Assembly: GCA_965243025.1 (NCBI GenBank)
Contig: CBDETY010000003.1
Coordinates: 1,888,001-1,952,000, forward strand
Length of the DNA: 64,000 bases
Source: Candidatus Latescibacterota bacterium
Lineage (GTDB): Bacteria; Latescibacterota; UBA2968; UBA8231
Reading direction: 5' to 3'
Made by a program: the position numbers and the translations under genes. The notes below the pieces were generated by a model. The model did not search any database. It was not told where the DNA came from and saw only the letters and a program-made list of their open reading frames with translations. Shown here one piece after another: positions 31,201-40,519 of this stretch (within the stretch, counting starts at the first letter, position 1; the number at the start of each line of letters is the position of its first letter).

Positions 31201-32546
31201 CAGTTCCATCCGGATGGCAGGCGCTTCAGGAGCCAGGAGTGGAGCGTCAGCGGCAGCGAGTACTTGAGCCGGAACTTCAGCCGGAAGGAGCGGATGCCCG
31301 GGTAGGTCCACTTCGCCAGGTCCGGGGCGCGGCCGTCGCGCCCGAGGAGCGGGTTGGCGCCGAAGTAGGCCACCAGGCTTTCGTAGAGCTGGGAAATCCG
31401 CACCGGGTTGCGGCTCGCCGTTGCCGCGTGGTAGACCTGCACCTCTCCGGGGGAGGCCCGGGTCGCGGCGGCCAGGGTTGTGTTGACGACGACGTCGACC
31501 GGGACGATGTCGAGGGCGAGATCCGGCCGCGCCGGGAAATCGGGCAGCATTCCCTTCCCGTACGCCGCCACCAGGGGATCCATCACCTTGAGACCGGTGA
31601 TCCACCCCGGCTCGGGATCCTCGAGAGAGCTCTCGATGATGCTCGGCCGCACGATGACGAGCGCCTGGCCGTCGCGGTTCCCGACCAGCAGCTGCTCCCC
31701 CATCGCCTTGGTGAAGGTGTAGACGTCGTTCCAGCCGTTCTTCCTGGCCCGCCGCATCCCCTCGTCGACGAGGCGGCGCTCGATCCAGTTCCTGGTGCGG
31801 TCCTCGGTGAGCTTCCCGAGCCGGCTCTTCGACAGCGGCCTGCTGCGGTGCTGCCGCAGGATGGCGCGCTCGAACTCGCGCCGGCGCGCCTCTCCCCGGC
31901 CCTCCTCGTACACCCCCCTGCAGAACGCCTCGCAGTCGGCGATTTCGCGCTCGGGATCGAACCGCGCCGACGCCGCACCCGGATTCGCCAGCTGGCGGAT
32001 GTTCCGGTCAGGGGGCAGGAGCTGCTCAGGTATTTCCCCGGTGAGGCGCCCGTTGACGTACGCCGTGGAGACGTGGACGAAGTCGACCCGCTTGCGGCAG
32101 CCCGAGGCGAACTTCATGAGGGCGACCGGGCCGTGGGTGTTGAGGCGGATCGAGTCGTCGAGGGGCTCGTCGAAGACCACGGTCGCGGCGCTGTTGATGA
32201 CGGTGTCGATCTCATCGCGCAGGCGGTCGAGCATCGCCGGTTCGACCCCGAAGTCCGGCTTGTCCGTGTCCCAGGGGACGGCGACCACCCTGGCGGCGCG
32301 GCGCGCGAAGCCGTCAGGATCGCGGTCGCGGTGGCGGCGGAAGACCGAGTCCTCCGCCAGCATCCGCTCCACCCGCTCTTCGGCGGATAGAACCTGGCGG
32401 TTGGGGCCGCGTCCCGGCCGGGCGAAGGCGTAGATCCGCTCCACCCCCGGCAGGTCGCGAAGGATCTTCGCGATCAGGGCCTGGCCGAGGAAACCGGTGC
32501 CCCCTGTGATCAGCAGACTGCGGCCGGTGAAATATTCGCGGATCAT
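28242..32546 (-). CDS. ElbD-like multidomain enzyme: fatty acyl reductase + AMP-binding + ACP + PlsC-type acyltransferase
   Basis: ITGGTGFLG, HVSTAYV, YTFTK, IVRPSII (FAR); GYGLTET, HSGDIG, GRCKDLI (adenylation); LDSLM (ACP); NHTSHLD, FPEGTRS (acyltransferase). Confidence 0.9.
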   Translation of the reverse strand: MIREYFTGRSLLITGGTGFLGQALIAKILRDLPGVERIYAFARPGRGPNRQVLSAEERVERMLAEDSVFRRHRDRDPDGFARRAARVVAVPWDTDKPDFGVEPAMLDRLRDEIDTVINSAATVVFDEPLDDSIRLNTHGPVALMKFASGCRKRVDFVHVSTAYVNGRLTGEIPEQLLPPDRNIRQLANPGAASARFDPEREIADCEAFCRGVYEEGRGEARRREFERAILRQHRSRPLSKSRLGKLTEDRTRNWIERRLVDEGMRRARKNGWNDVYTFTKAMGEQLLVGNRDGQALVIVRPSIIESSLEDPEPGWITGLKVMDPLVAAYGKGMLPDFPARPDLALDIVPVDVVVNTTLAAATRASPGEVQVYHAATASRNPVRISQLYESLVAYFGANPLLGRDGRAPDLAKWTYPGIRSFRLKFRLKYSLPLTLHSWLLKRLPSGWNWASPQKRRLLSTMKIRLQRVLYYADIYHPYTHLECSFSTDRARALHASLPAGERQVFNMDVERIDWDRYIGDVHLPGLRRHVLGDAGEEEIFREPPAEVGSEEERWQQEEELQTIPDLLRWSCARYGEITALQMKRGDSWVRVSYGELLARAEARADLWQRCGLEAGDRVLLYGGNSPEWVIAYMGASVAGLAVVPVDPQTPPGEVWKLAAFTRARGLVASRASFETLGSERAAAGTSGRPLAFFDLDGRMFPLPGGEAAAEPPPREHLQPPGVSPGMEASIIFTAGTAVEPRGVVLTHGNFLSNLLAIAEVQRLDRGDRVLSLLPLHHGLEFTGSLLMSLLSGATVTYLETLNSRVILETMRETGTNALLAVPRLLKILADRIERLGRHGEEERHALDRDSAAPISRLKLVVSGGAPLAPGIFESYRRMGVTVYEGYGLTETSPIVTVNPPGKARPGSVGIPLPGVDLRIDEPDPRGCGEILVRGPNVMPGYLDSPGLTAAVLRNGWLHSGDIGWVDDEGYLFITGRCKDLIVTGAGKNVYPDEVEGLYRGLPEVAELSVVGVRSPRTLSEEAHGVAVLAEGAGDAAAARAREAAYGISRNLPTYQRIQRLHVRSGPLPRNCAGEVDRPRVLADLQHELQGAEVEIDESLAPWERSVYDLLSRITGLTPAEVLAHGDAPLDSLLDSLMSVEFAGIVGETLGRPLSREILRSPTLRSLVDKLEPLFVASEKRIPSPGDGGGYWTRALRGQDGNRGHQLRADGGSGILRKTFWTAGGGLYRLYFSLKARGLEHLPPDRPYVIAANHTSHLDAPSILLAIRPRIDRISLAAARDYLSRSPSLSWFLRTMLDAVPFDRQEEFLESLLALRRLIGVRRPLLVFPEGTRSSSGALQPFRTGVGLLAIELDLPIVPVHVAGTREALPKNGRFPRRNRVSLNFGPPVEMAPYAARRERLGNYEVYREVTGQVRREIARLAGDGGEAGSAEATN

Positions 32547-32677
32547 CTCGTGACCTGTTACGCTATCTCGCGGCGTTGCCAGTGTTCGCCGAACAGACGC
32601 GGAGGCCTTGCGAGGCGGGCGCCTCGGCCGGGAAATCCTGGTGATTCATTTACGGGGGGAGACAATTGCGGGAACGA

Positions 32678-32917
32678 TTACTGGTTGGTGGAGTCGGGAA
32701 AGTCGGCGGGAAAACGGCCTGATGCCGCCGGGTCCTGTTCGCTTTCTTCCGGTCCGGCCTGTTCCCCTTCCGGGCCTTGCGGCGGCTCGAGCCCCTGTCC
32801 GGTAATGTACGGGTGCCTGAGCTGCTTCCTCAGCGCCTCCAGGCGCGGCTCGTCGAGCCGTGCCGGGCCCCCGCCGCCGTTGCCGGTCCTGTCTTCGCGA
32901 CGTTTCGCCACTTGCAT
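32678..32917 (-). CDS. Possible small hypothetical protein upstream of the ElbD-like gene
   Basis: MQVAKRRED...RLEALRKQLRHPYITG...; 79 codons in the intergenic gap, no recognised family. Confidence 0.3.
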   Translation of the reverse strand: MQVAKRREDRTGNGGGGPARLDEPRLEALRKQLRHPYITGQGLEPPQGPEGEQAGPEESEQDPAASGRFPADFPDSTNQ

Positions 32918-33013
32918 TCCTTGTCCGGGAAAACTCATTGAAGATACGCCGCCCCGTGGTGTCAGCAATTTGAGCGGAGGCAGCACCGCCGCCGGGGTAG
33001 AGCAGCAGAGGGG

Positions 33014-33937
33014 ATGAAAAAGGATCCGACAGGAGGGGAACGCTGGACCGTCATCGCCAATCCGGCAGCGGCCCGTGGCCGCGCCACCCGCCTGGCGGCG
33101 GCGGCTTCGCAATTCCTCGAGGAGCGGGGAATCCAGACCGAGCTGCTGGTTTCGGAGAGCCGGGGCCACGCCTGCGAGCTCGCCGGCAAAGCGATCGCCG
33201 AAGGGGCCTGCCGCATCGTCGTGTGCGGAGGCGACGGAACCCTCAACGAGATCCTGCCCGCGGTCGCCGGCTCGGGGGCCGCGGTCGGGCTGCTGCCCTG
33301 CGGTACCGCCAACGACTTCGCGCGCGCCCTGGGGATACCGAGGCGGCCTCGCCAGGCGCTGCGCAACCTGGTCGAGGGGCGCGAGGTCCGCGTCGACCTC
33401 GGGGCCTGCGGCGACCGCTACTTCTGCACCGTCGCCGCCTGCGGATTCGACGCCGAAGTCAGCGAGATGATGCGCGAGGGACGACGCTTGCCGGGAACCG
33501 CGGGTTATCTCTGGGCGGGGCTCCGCCACCTGTTCCGCTTCGAGCCCGCCAAGGTTTCGGCGACCGGGGATTTCGGCCGCCTGGAGGCCGAGGTGCTGCT
33601 CGTCGCCGCCGCGGTTACGCGGAGCTACGGCGGCGGCATGCGAATCGCGCCGCACGCCGATCCGGCGGACGGGAAGTTCGACGTCGTCATCGTCGGGTCG
33701 GTCGCCAGGAGAACGGTGGCGGCGATGCTCCCCCGCCTTTTCCGGGGGGGGCACACCCGGCATCCCGCGGTGCGCATCGAGCGCTCCTCCTTCCTCGAGA
33801 TCGAGACCGGGGGCGGGTCCCGGCCGCTCTACGCCGACGGCGAACCCCTGGGGAGTACGCCGGTTACCCTGCGCACCGCCGCCGGCTCGCTTCGCGCCAT
33901 CGTTCCGGAGGGCCCAACCGAGAGGAGGTGTCCGTGA
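33014..33937 (+). CDS. Diacylglycerol/lipid kinase family (YegS/DagK/BmrU)
   Basis: IANPAA, GGDGTLNE, LPCGTANDFA, YGGGM, DGKFDV, YADGE. Confidence 0.92.
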   Translation: MKKDPTGGERWTVIANPAAARGRATRLAAAASQFLEERGIQTELLVSESRGHACELAGKAIAEGACRIVVCGGDGTLNEILPAVAGSGAAVGLLPCGTANDFARALGIPRRPRQALRNLVEGREVRVDLGACGDRYFCTVAACGFDAEVSEMMREGRRLPGTAGYLWAGLRHLFRFEPAKVSATGDFGRLEAEVLLVAAAVTRSYGGGMRIAPHADPADGKFDVVIVGSVARRTVAAMLPRLFRGGHTRHPAVRIERSSFLEIETGGGSRPLYADGEPLGSTPVTLRTAAGSLRAIVPEGPTERRCP

Positions 33938-34085
33938 CCGCACCGACGCCGCCGAAAAGGAGCGGGACCGGCATGCATGCACCGGCGACCATTCTTGCCC
34001 GCAGCCGCCATTGTCGCCAAATTAGAAGTCCCCCCACTGCAGCGCCGGGCACCGAGCCCACCCCCCTTGAAAGCTGTTGCGCCCA

Positions 34086-35057
34086 ATGGCATCCCGGGCA
34101 CAGAAAATCCGCCTAGCCGTCTTCGTGCTTGCCGCCGGGGGCGTGCTCCTGCTGTTCCTGTTCTACGTAGCGGGAAAAAGCCTCCTCACGCCGCGCCAGA
34201 CCTATTTCGTCGAGTTCCCCGACTCGATCGGGGGGCTGCGCGGCGGGGACAAGGTCAAGTACCTCGGAATCGATGCCGGGCGGGTCGAGAACACCTCGAT
34301 CTCCCCTGACGACCACTCGGTCATCGTCGTCGAGATCTCCATCGAGGGAGACAGGGTCCCCAACGTCATCCGCGAAGACACGCGGGCGCGTCTGCACAGC
34401 GCCGGCCTCACCGGGTTGAAGCACGTCGAGCTCGTGGCCGGATCCCCGGATTCGCCGGTCCTGCCCCCGGGCTCGCGCATCCCCTCGAGCCCGACCTTCC
34501 TGTCTGAAATGGGAGACCGCGCCCAGGAGCTGACCGACAAGATGGAGCTTCTGCTCGAGAACCTGACGGAGATGACCGACCGGGAAAACAGCGCTCAGCT
34601 CAACAGCATGCTCGCCTCGGGCAGCGAGTTCACCGCCAGCGCCAACGATCTGATGAACGACAACCGCCGGCAGATCGATGAAAGCTTTCGCAACCTCGCG
34701 GCAATGACCAGTTCCCTCGCCGGGGCGGCGGCCTCCCTGCACGCGACCATGGATTCGGTGAACGCCCTGCTCACCGACGGCGAGCTGCGCGGCACCCTCT
34801 CCGACCTGCGCAGCACCAGCCGCCACCTGCAGCTTCAGATGGAGGGCCCGGTTCCGCAGCTGCTCGCCAACCTCTCGCGCATGGCCGGCAACATCGACAC
34901 CACCTTCATGCGCCTCGACCGCACCGTGATGCAGGGCCGCCGGAACTTCCTCGACTCGATGCAGGACCTCCAGGAAACGATGCTCAACGTCCGCCAGATG
35001 ACCGAGCTGATCAAGGAGAACCCCTCCATTCTCATCCGCGGCCGCGCCGACCGCTAG
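34086..35057 (+). CDS. MCE/MlaD family protein with helical C-terminal extension
   Basis: N-term TM, SIGGLRGGDKVKYLGIDAGRV, GLTG, C-term ENPSILIRG. Confidence 0.92.
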   Translation: MASRAQKIRLAVFVLAAGGVLLLFLFYVAGKSLLTPRQTYFVEFPDSIGGLRGGDKVKYLGIDAGRVENTSISPDDHSVIVVEISIEGDRVPNVIREDTRARLHSAGLTGLKHVELVAGSPDSPVLPPGSRIPSSPTFLSEMGDRAQELTDKMELLLENLTEMTDRENSAQLNSMLASGSEFTASANDLMNDNRRQIDESFRNLAAMTSSLAGAAASLHATMDSVNALLTDGELRGTLSDLRSTSRHLQLQMEGPVPQLLANLSRMAGNIDTTFMRLDRTVMQGRRNFLDSMQDLQETMLNVRQMTELIKENPSILIRGRADR

Positions 35058-35061
35058 CTCC

Positions 35062-35859
35062 GTGCCGATGCCTTCATCCATCCCTGTCAGCGCGCGGTTC
35101 CTGCGAGGAGCAGCGATCCCCTTCCTCGCCGCCTGCGCTTCCTGCACGAGCCTGATCGGGGGCAAGGCGGAGATCCGCGAGAACCGCAAGTTCATCATCG
35201 AGTCCGGGCAGCTGGAGCTTAACCTGCCGAACTCGGAGCGCCCCTACGCCCTGCACGTGGAGGTCGGCAAGTTCGACGTCTCCAGGCTGTACGACCGCAA
35301 CCGGATCATCCTCAGAAAGTCCGCCGAGGAGGTCCGCGACATGGACTACCACTCCTGGGCGGTGCGGCCGAGCGAGATGATCACCGACGCGGTCGAGGGC
35401 TACCTGAAAGAAGCCCGCCTGTTCACCGACATCCGCCAGGACTTCGTCGACGTCATCCCCGAATACAGGATCACCGGCACCGTCAAGTCGCTGGAACGGC
35501 TCGACAGCGGCGACCAGTGGTACGCCAACTTCAGGCTGTCGGTGCAGCTTGTCGACGGCAGGAACGAGGTCGTCAAGAGGTGGGACTTCGACGACGAGGC
35601 GGAGCGCGTGTACCACCGGGATTTCGTGCACACCGTGTCGGCCTTCAACGAGCTGCTCAGGCGCTTCATGTACCGGGTGGTCCGCGACATGGACCACATG
35701 TTCCTCATCCGCAAGCTGCAGCGCGAGAACCGGCCGTACCAGCACATTCTCGACGTTCCGAACGGCCGCGCTGCGGCGCCCGCCGACACCGCGGTCAGCG
35801 ACACCACCCGGGAGGCCCCGAATCCCGACTACGACATCATCCCCGGAAAGGGGCTGTAG
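35062..35859 (+). CDS. ABC-type transport auxiliary lipoprotein (PqiC-like)
   Basis: Lipobox LAAC/ASC, YDRNRII...WAVRPSEMI; position right after the MCE gene. Confidence 0.78.
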   Translation: MPMPSSIPVSARFLRGAAIPFLAACASCTSLIGGKAEIRENRKFIIESGQLELNLPNSERPYALHVEVGKFDVSRLYDRNRIILRKSAEEVRDMDYHSWAVRPSEMITDAVEGYLKEARLFTDIRQDFVDVIPEYRITGTVKSLERLDSGDQWYANFRLSVQLVDGRNEVVKRWDFDDEAERVYHRDFVHTVSAFNELLRRFMYRVVRDMDHMFLIRKLQRENRPYQHILDVPNGRAAAPADTAVSDTTREAPNPDYDIIPGKGL

Positions 35860-35860
35860 C

Positions 35861-37402
35861 ATGCGCCGGTGGCGTTCCGCCCCCTCGGGCGTCGGCCTCC
35901 TCTTCCTCGCGGTCCTGGCGGTCGGCGTCGCGACCGCCGACGAGAGCACCTGGTCGGCGCCTCCCGCACGCGTGCAGCTGGCCGAGGATCCGCAGCTGAT
36001 CCCCAAGGGGAAGGGGATGCTGTTCGTGCCGATGATGAGCGTCCCCCACGGCAACGAGCCCAGCTACCAGATCTACAGGAAAGGGGGTGAACACATCGGG
36101 TCCGCCAGTCCCGGAAGCGGCGTGCTCCTGCCCCCCGGAAGCTACCGGGTGCGCATCGGTTCCGGGGCGATCTCGCAGATGATCAGGAAGACGGTGGAAA
36201 TATTGGAGGGGAGCAGCACCCTGCTCAAACCGGACTGGTCCGCCCTGGTTATCGACGTCATCGACCAGACCCGCACCCCGGTCAGCGAATCGTACGAACT
36301 CTACCAGGAGCAGACCCAGGAGAACTTCGGCCAGGGACTCGGAATCGAGGAAGAGCGCGGGGAAAAGGTACGCACCTGGATCCTCAAGCCCGGCGTCTAC
36401 CACGTGGTCAAGGTCGGCGAGTCGTTCTCGACCATCCGCAAGTTCAGCGTCCGTCTCGAACCGGGGAAGCTGGTGCAGCGCGACCTCGTTTATGACGACG
36501 ACGCCGGCAACTACATCGGCTTCTACGCGCGCCCGGTGCTGCCGTACGGGACCGCCCGCATCGCCAGGAACGTCACCTCGCAGACCGAGCTCAGCGGTTC
36601 GACCCTGTTCCACACCTCCCAGAACACCGCAGGCGAGGACATGGCGAGCACCTCGCTGTCGCTGCAGGTCTTCAACCGGACCCGCTACAGCACCGACCGG
36701 CACTTCGCAAACCTGCGCCTGATCTTCGAGGAGGGGGCCACCCAGGAGGGGGACAATGGCTTCCACAAGTCCATCGACAAGCTCGAGCTGCGGGGCACCT
36801 ACATCTACCGCGTGTCGACCGCCTTCGGGCCCTACCTGCGGGGGGTGCTAAACACCAAGCTGTTCTCCGACGACGTGTCGTTCGATCGTCCCCTCGAGGG
36901 GGACTTCATCAAGTACGGCGCAGCGGGCGACACCCTGAGCATAATCCCCAACCCGGCCGAGGTGACCCTGTCCCCCGCGTTCTTCCCCCTTCGTCTTCGC
37001 CAGGGTATCGGGATCAACTCCCAGCTCGTGCGCTCGTTCGCCCTCAACGCCGACGTCCGCCTCGGCTTCGGAGCGCGGCAGACCTACGTCTCCGACTCGT
37101 TCGAGCTCGCCTCGACCGAGCGCTCCGCGACCGAACTCCAGAACGCCTTCAGCACCGGTTTCGAGGCGGTGTTCATCACCGACGCGCGCCTGGCCAAATC
37201 GATCAACTTCGACTCGGAATTCGACATCCTCATCCCGGGCAGGAACAGGGACGACTGGGTGTTCAGCTGGCAGAACCGCCTGCGCATCTTTCTCACAAGC
37301 TTCATCAACCTCGACCTGGTGGCCGATCTCGAGCGCGAGGAGACACTGAAGCGGCTGCAGGGACGGGAGCAGATCCTGCTGCGGTTCTCCCGTTTCATCT
37401 GA
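35861..37402 (+). CDS. Hypothetical secreted protein, probable outer-membrane beta-barrel with N-terminal beta-sandwich domains
   Basis: Signal peptide from ATG 35861; LPPGSYRV/LKPGVYHV repeats; alternating amphipathic strands; ends LRFSRFI. Confidence 0.7.
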   Translation: MRRWRSAPSGVGLLFLAVLAVGVATADESTWSAPPARVQLAEDPQLIPKGKGMLFVPMMSVPHGNEPSYQIYRKGGEHIGSASPGSGVLLPPGSYRVRIGSGAISQMIRKTVEILEGSSTLLKPDWSALVIDVIDQTRTPVSESYELYQEQTQENFGQGLGIEEERGEKVRTWILKPGVYHVVKVGESFSTIRKFSVRLEPGKLVQRDLVYDDDAGNYIGFYARPVLPYGTARIARNVTSQTELSGSTLFHTSQNTAGEDMASTSLSLQVFNRTRYSTDRHFANLRLIFEEGATQEGDNGFHKSIDKLELRGTYIYRVSTAFGPYLRGVLNTKLFSDDVSFDRPLEGDFIKYGAAGDTLSIIPNPAEVTLSPAFFPLRLRQGIGINSQLVRSFALNADVRLGFGARQTYVSDSFELASTERSATELQNAFSTGFEAVFITDARLAKSINFDSEFDILIPGRNRDDWVFSWQNRLRIFLTSFINLDLVADLEREETLKRLQGREQILLRFSRFI

Positions 37403-37412
37403 CCTCTCGACC

Positions 37413-38507
37413 ATGAGCGAGGTCGCAAACGTCGACGAGGGGATCCGCCTCACCGGCCCCCTGACCCTGGAGACCCTGCCCGGCCTCGAAGGCCGCTGCC
37501 GGCGGCTGATCGACGGCCATCCGCGCACCCGCCTGTCGGCCGACGTCGCCGCCGTGAGCGAGATCGACACCGCCGGCGTCGTCTTCCTGCGCGGCCTCCC
37601 GGGCGCCGCCGGGGCCGCCGGCAAGGAGCTGGTGGTCGGTCCCCTGCCCGACGATCTGCAACCGTTCTTCGACTTCGTGCGGCCTCCGCAGGCCGCCGCC
37701 AGCGAAGCGCCAGCCCGTCCTGAACTCCGCCAGCGCTGCGGAGACGCCGCCGAGGAGTTCGTCGACCGCGCCGCGGATTTCCTCTATCTCGGCTCCGACC
37801 TCACCTGGTCGGCGGCCGCGGCGATCTTCCGGAGGTTCGGCATCCGCCGCGGCGCCTTCGTCGACCAGGCGGTCGCGGTCGGCTCCCGGGGCCTGCCCAT
37901 CGTCGCCCTCATCCTGTTCCTCATCGGAGGCGTATCGACGCTTCAGGCCGCCGCACAGCTGCGGCAGTTCGGGGCCAACATCTTCGTCGCCGACCTGCTC
38001 GCCATCGGCATCAGCCGCGAGCTCGGGCCGCTGATGACGGCGATCATCGTCGCCGGGCGCAGCGGCTCGGCGATCGCCGCCGAGATCGCCACCATGAAGT
38101 TCACCGAGGAGATCGACGCCCTGCGCACCATGGCTCTCGACCCGCTGCGCATGGTCGCCGTTCCCAAGATGTGGGCGATGCTGGCCACGGTTCCCCTGCT
38201 GACGGTGATGGCGGTCTTCTTCGGCCTTCTCGGGGGCACCCTCACCGGGGTCCTCTCCCTCGACATCGCCGCGGCTACCTTCGTCGCCCGCATCGCCGAC
38301 GCCCTGCAGCTCAAGGACATCCTCACCGGCCTGGTCAAGAGCGTCTCCTTCGCCTGGATCATCACCGTGATCGGCGTCCACCGCGGCCTCACCTCCAGCG
38401 GGGGAACTACCGGGGTCGGCGTCTCCACGACCTCGTCGGTGGTCAGCTCGATCTTCGGCATCATCGTCCTCGACCTCGCCTGGGGTCTGATCTTCTACAT
38501 GGGGTGA
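37413..38507 (+). CDS. MlaE-family ABC permease with N-terminal STAS domain
   Basis: IDTAG (STAS); RELGPLMTAIIVAGRSGSAIAAEIATMK..EEIDAL; GVGVSTTSSVV. Confidence 0.94.
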   Translation: MSEVANVDEGIRLTGPLTLETLPGLEGRCRRLIDGHPRTRLSADVAAVSEIDTAGVVFLRGLPGAAGAAGKELVVGPLPDDLQPFFDFVRPPQAAASEAPARPELRQRCGDAAEEFVDRAADFLYLGSDLTWSAAAAIFRRFGIRRGAFVDQAVAVGSRGLPIVALILFLIGGVSTLQAAAQLRQFGANIFVADLLAIGISRELGPLMTAIIVAGRSGSAIAAEIATMKFTEEIDALRTMALDPLRMVAVPKMWAMLATVPLLTVMAVFFGLLGGTLTGVLSLDIAAATFVARIADALQLKDILTGLVKSVSFAWIITVIGVHRGLTSSGGTTGVGVSTTSSVVSSIFGIIVLDLAWGLIFYMG

Positions 38508-38512
38508 CGGCG

Positions 38513-39262
38513 ATGGCGGCGGATTCTGCGGCGGTCCCGGCGATCGACATAACGCGGCTGCGCGTGGCCTACGGCGACTTCCTCGTGCTGCGCGACATCA
38601 GCCTGCGCGTCGAGCAGGGAGACGTCGCCGTCATCGTCGGCGGCAGCGGCTGCGGCAAGAGCACCCTGCTCAAGGCAGCCATCGGCCTGGTGGAACCGAG
38701 CTCGGGGGAGGTGCGCCTGCTGGGATCGGAGCTGCGCTCCCTGGAGGAATCCCGGCAGGATGCGCTCAAGAAGCGGATCGGGGTGATGTTCCAGTACGGG
38801 GCCCTGCTCAACTCGCTGACGATCGGCGAGAACGTCGCCCTGCCCCTGGAGATGCACACCGACCTCGACCCGGGCCTGGTGCGCGAGGTGGTTTCGACGC
38901 GGCTGCATCTGGTCGGCATCGGGCAGGCGGTCGACCGCTACCCGAACGAGCTTTCCGGCGGCATGCGCAAGCGCGCCGCCCTGGCCCGCGCCATGGCCCT
39001 GGAACCGGACATCCTGTTCTGCGACGAGCCGGGGGCCGGGCTCGATCCGGTGACCGCGGCCGAGGTCGACCGCCTGCTGCTGACCGTCAACCGCAGCCTC
39101 GGCGTAACCCTCGTCGTCGTCACCCACGAGCTGCTCAGCATCGACAGACTCGGGGGCCGCCTGCTGATGCTCGCCGGTGGGGAGGTGCTGTTCTCGGGCC
39201 CCTCGGAGGAAGCGCGCCGCTCCGGGAAGCCGGAGCTCGCGGAGTTCTTCCGCCCGCAGTGA
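38513..39262 (+). CDS. MlaF-family ABC ATPase
   Basis: GGSGCGKST, FQYGALLNS, ELSGGMRKRAALARA, DEPGAGLDP, VTHE. Confidence 0.94.
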   Translation: MAADSAAVPAIDITRLRVAYGDFLVLRDISLRVEQGDVAVIVGGSGCGKSTLLKAAIGLVEPSSGEVRLLGSELRSLEESRQDALKKRIGVMFQYGALLNSLTIGENVALPLEMHTDLDPGLVREVVSTRLHLVGIGQAVDRYPNELSGGMRKRAALARAMALEPDILFCDEPGAGLDPVTAAEVDRLLLTVNRSLGVTLVVVTHELLSIDRLGGRLLMLAGGEVLFSGPSEEARRSGKPELAEFFRPQ

Positions 39263-39305
39263 CGCCCCCCGCCCCAGGTGAATCCCCCTTCCCGCCGGGA
39301 CCGAC

Positions 39306-40001
39306 TTGAAACCGATTCCCCCCTTCCTCGCCCGCCTCCCCGACCGCTTCCGCAGGAACGGGTTGGTGCGCGGTTTCCGCGCCTCGTACCTGGCGCGGAT
39401 CTGCCGCCCCGCCACCGTCTTCGACGTCGGCGTCGGACGCGGCACCGACGAGCTGTACCGCGCCTTCCCCGAAGCGAGGGTGCTGTTGATCGAGCCGCTG
39501 GCCGAGTACCGCCAGGCCCTCGAGCGGATCTCCGGGAAGTACGACTGCCGGATCATCGACAAGGCGGTCGGCAGCCGCTGCGGACAGGCGGAAATCGCCG
39601 TCGACACGGGCGATCCGCACAAGTCCTCTTTCGGGCGCCGCACCGGCCCGGGGTCGCCGGGGGGTTCGCTGGCGGCCCGCACCGTCGAGATGACGACGCT
39701 GGACCGGATCCTGCGGGAACACCCGGACCTCGAGCCCCCCTTCCTCCTCAAGATCGACACCGAGGGACACGAGCTCGAAGTGGTCGAAGGGGCTCAGGAG
39801 CTGCTGCGACGGACCGAGGTCGTCATCGCCGAGGTCTCGGTCGCCGAACGCTTCGAGGAGGGGTACCGGTTCGAGGAGTTCGTCGCCGCCATGGGGGCCC
39901 GCGGCTTCCGGGTGTTCGACTTCCTCAGGGTCCGCTACGAAAAGAAGGCGCCGGGGACGAGGTTTGCCGACATCGTTTTCAAAAAGGCGGATGCGGGATG
40001 A
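39306..40001 (+). CDS. FkbM family methyltransferase
   Basis: VFDVGVGRG, IEP, TTLD, LLKIDTEGHELEV. Confidence 0.88.
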   Translation: MKPIPPFLARLPDRFRRNGLVRGFRASYLARICRPATVFDVGVGRGTDELYRAFPEARVLLIEPLAEYRQALERISGKYDCRIIDKAVGSRCGQAEIAVDTGDPHKSSFGRRTGPGSPGGSLAARTVEMTTLDRILREHPDLEPPFLLKIDTEGHELEVVEGAQELLRRTEVVIAEVSVAERFEEGYRFEEFVAAMGARGFRVFDFLRVRYEKKAPGTRFADIVFKKADAG

Positions 40002-40519
40002 AGATCGTCCTTATGGCGGCGGTCTCTCCGGACCGCGTCATCGGCAGGGGAGGCGCCATACCCTGGCATTACCCGGCCGATATGCGCTACGTCAGACAGA
40101 CGACCACCGGCCACCCCTGCGTGATGGGGCGGAAGACCTGGGAATCCCTCCCCCGCCGGCCGCTTCCCGGGCGGCCGAACCTCGTCCTCACCGGACAGGC
40201 CGACTACGAGGTCGCTGCCGGAGTGATCGTCTGCGCCAGCTTCGAAGAAGCGCGGCGGCGCTGCGAGGGGATGGGGGCCGGGCGCATGTTCGTTCTGGGA
40301 GGAGAGGGCGTCTTCCGCGAGGCGATGTCGGCGGCGGACGAGATGCTGATCACCCATGTTCCCGACCGCGTCGCTGGGGACGTGCATTTTCCGTTATGGG
40401 ACGAGCGGGAATGGCTCCTGGAAGAGAGCCGGGAAGAGGAAGGGCTGCGCTTCGCGAGGTACGTCCGCCGGCGCGGCGGCAATCGAACCGAAAGGAAAGA
40501 GACGGAGAGCGATGTTTGA
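39998..40519 (+). CDS. folA: Dihydrofolate reductase
   Basis: VIGRGGAIPWHYPADM, VMGRKTWESL, PLPGRPN, VLGG, GDVHFP; ATG at 39998. Confidence 0.94.
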   Translation: MKIVLMAAVSPDRVIGRGGAIPWHYPADMRYVRQTTTGHPCVMGRKTWESLPRRPLPGRPNLVLTGQADYEVAAGVIVCASFEEARRRCEGMGAGRMFVLGGEGVFREAMSAADEMLITHVPDRVAGDVHFPLWDEREWLLEESREEEGLRFARYVRRRGGNRTERKETESDV

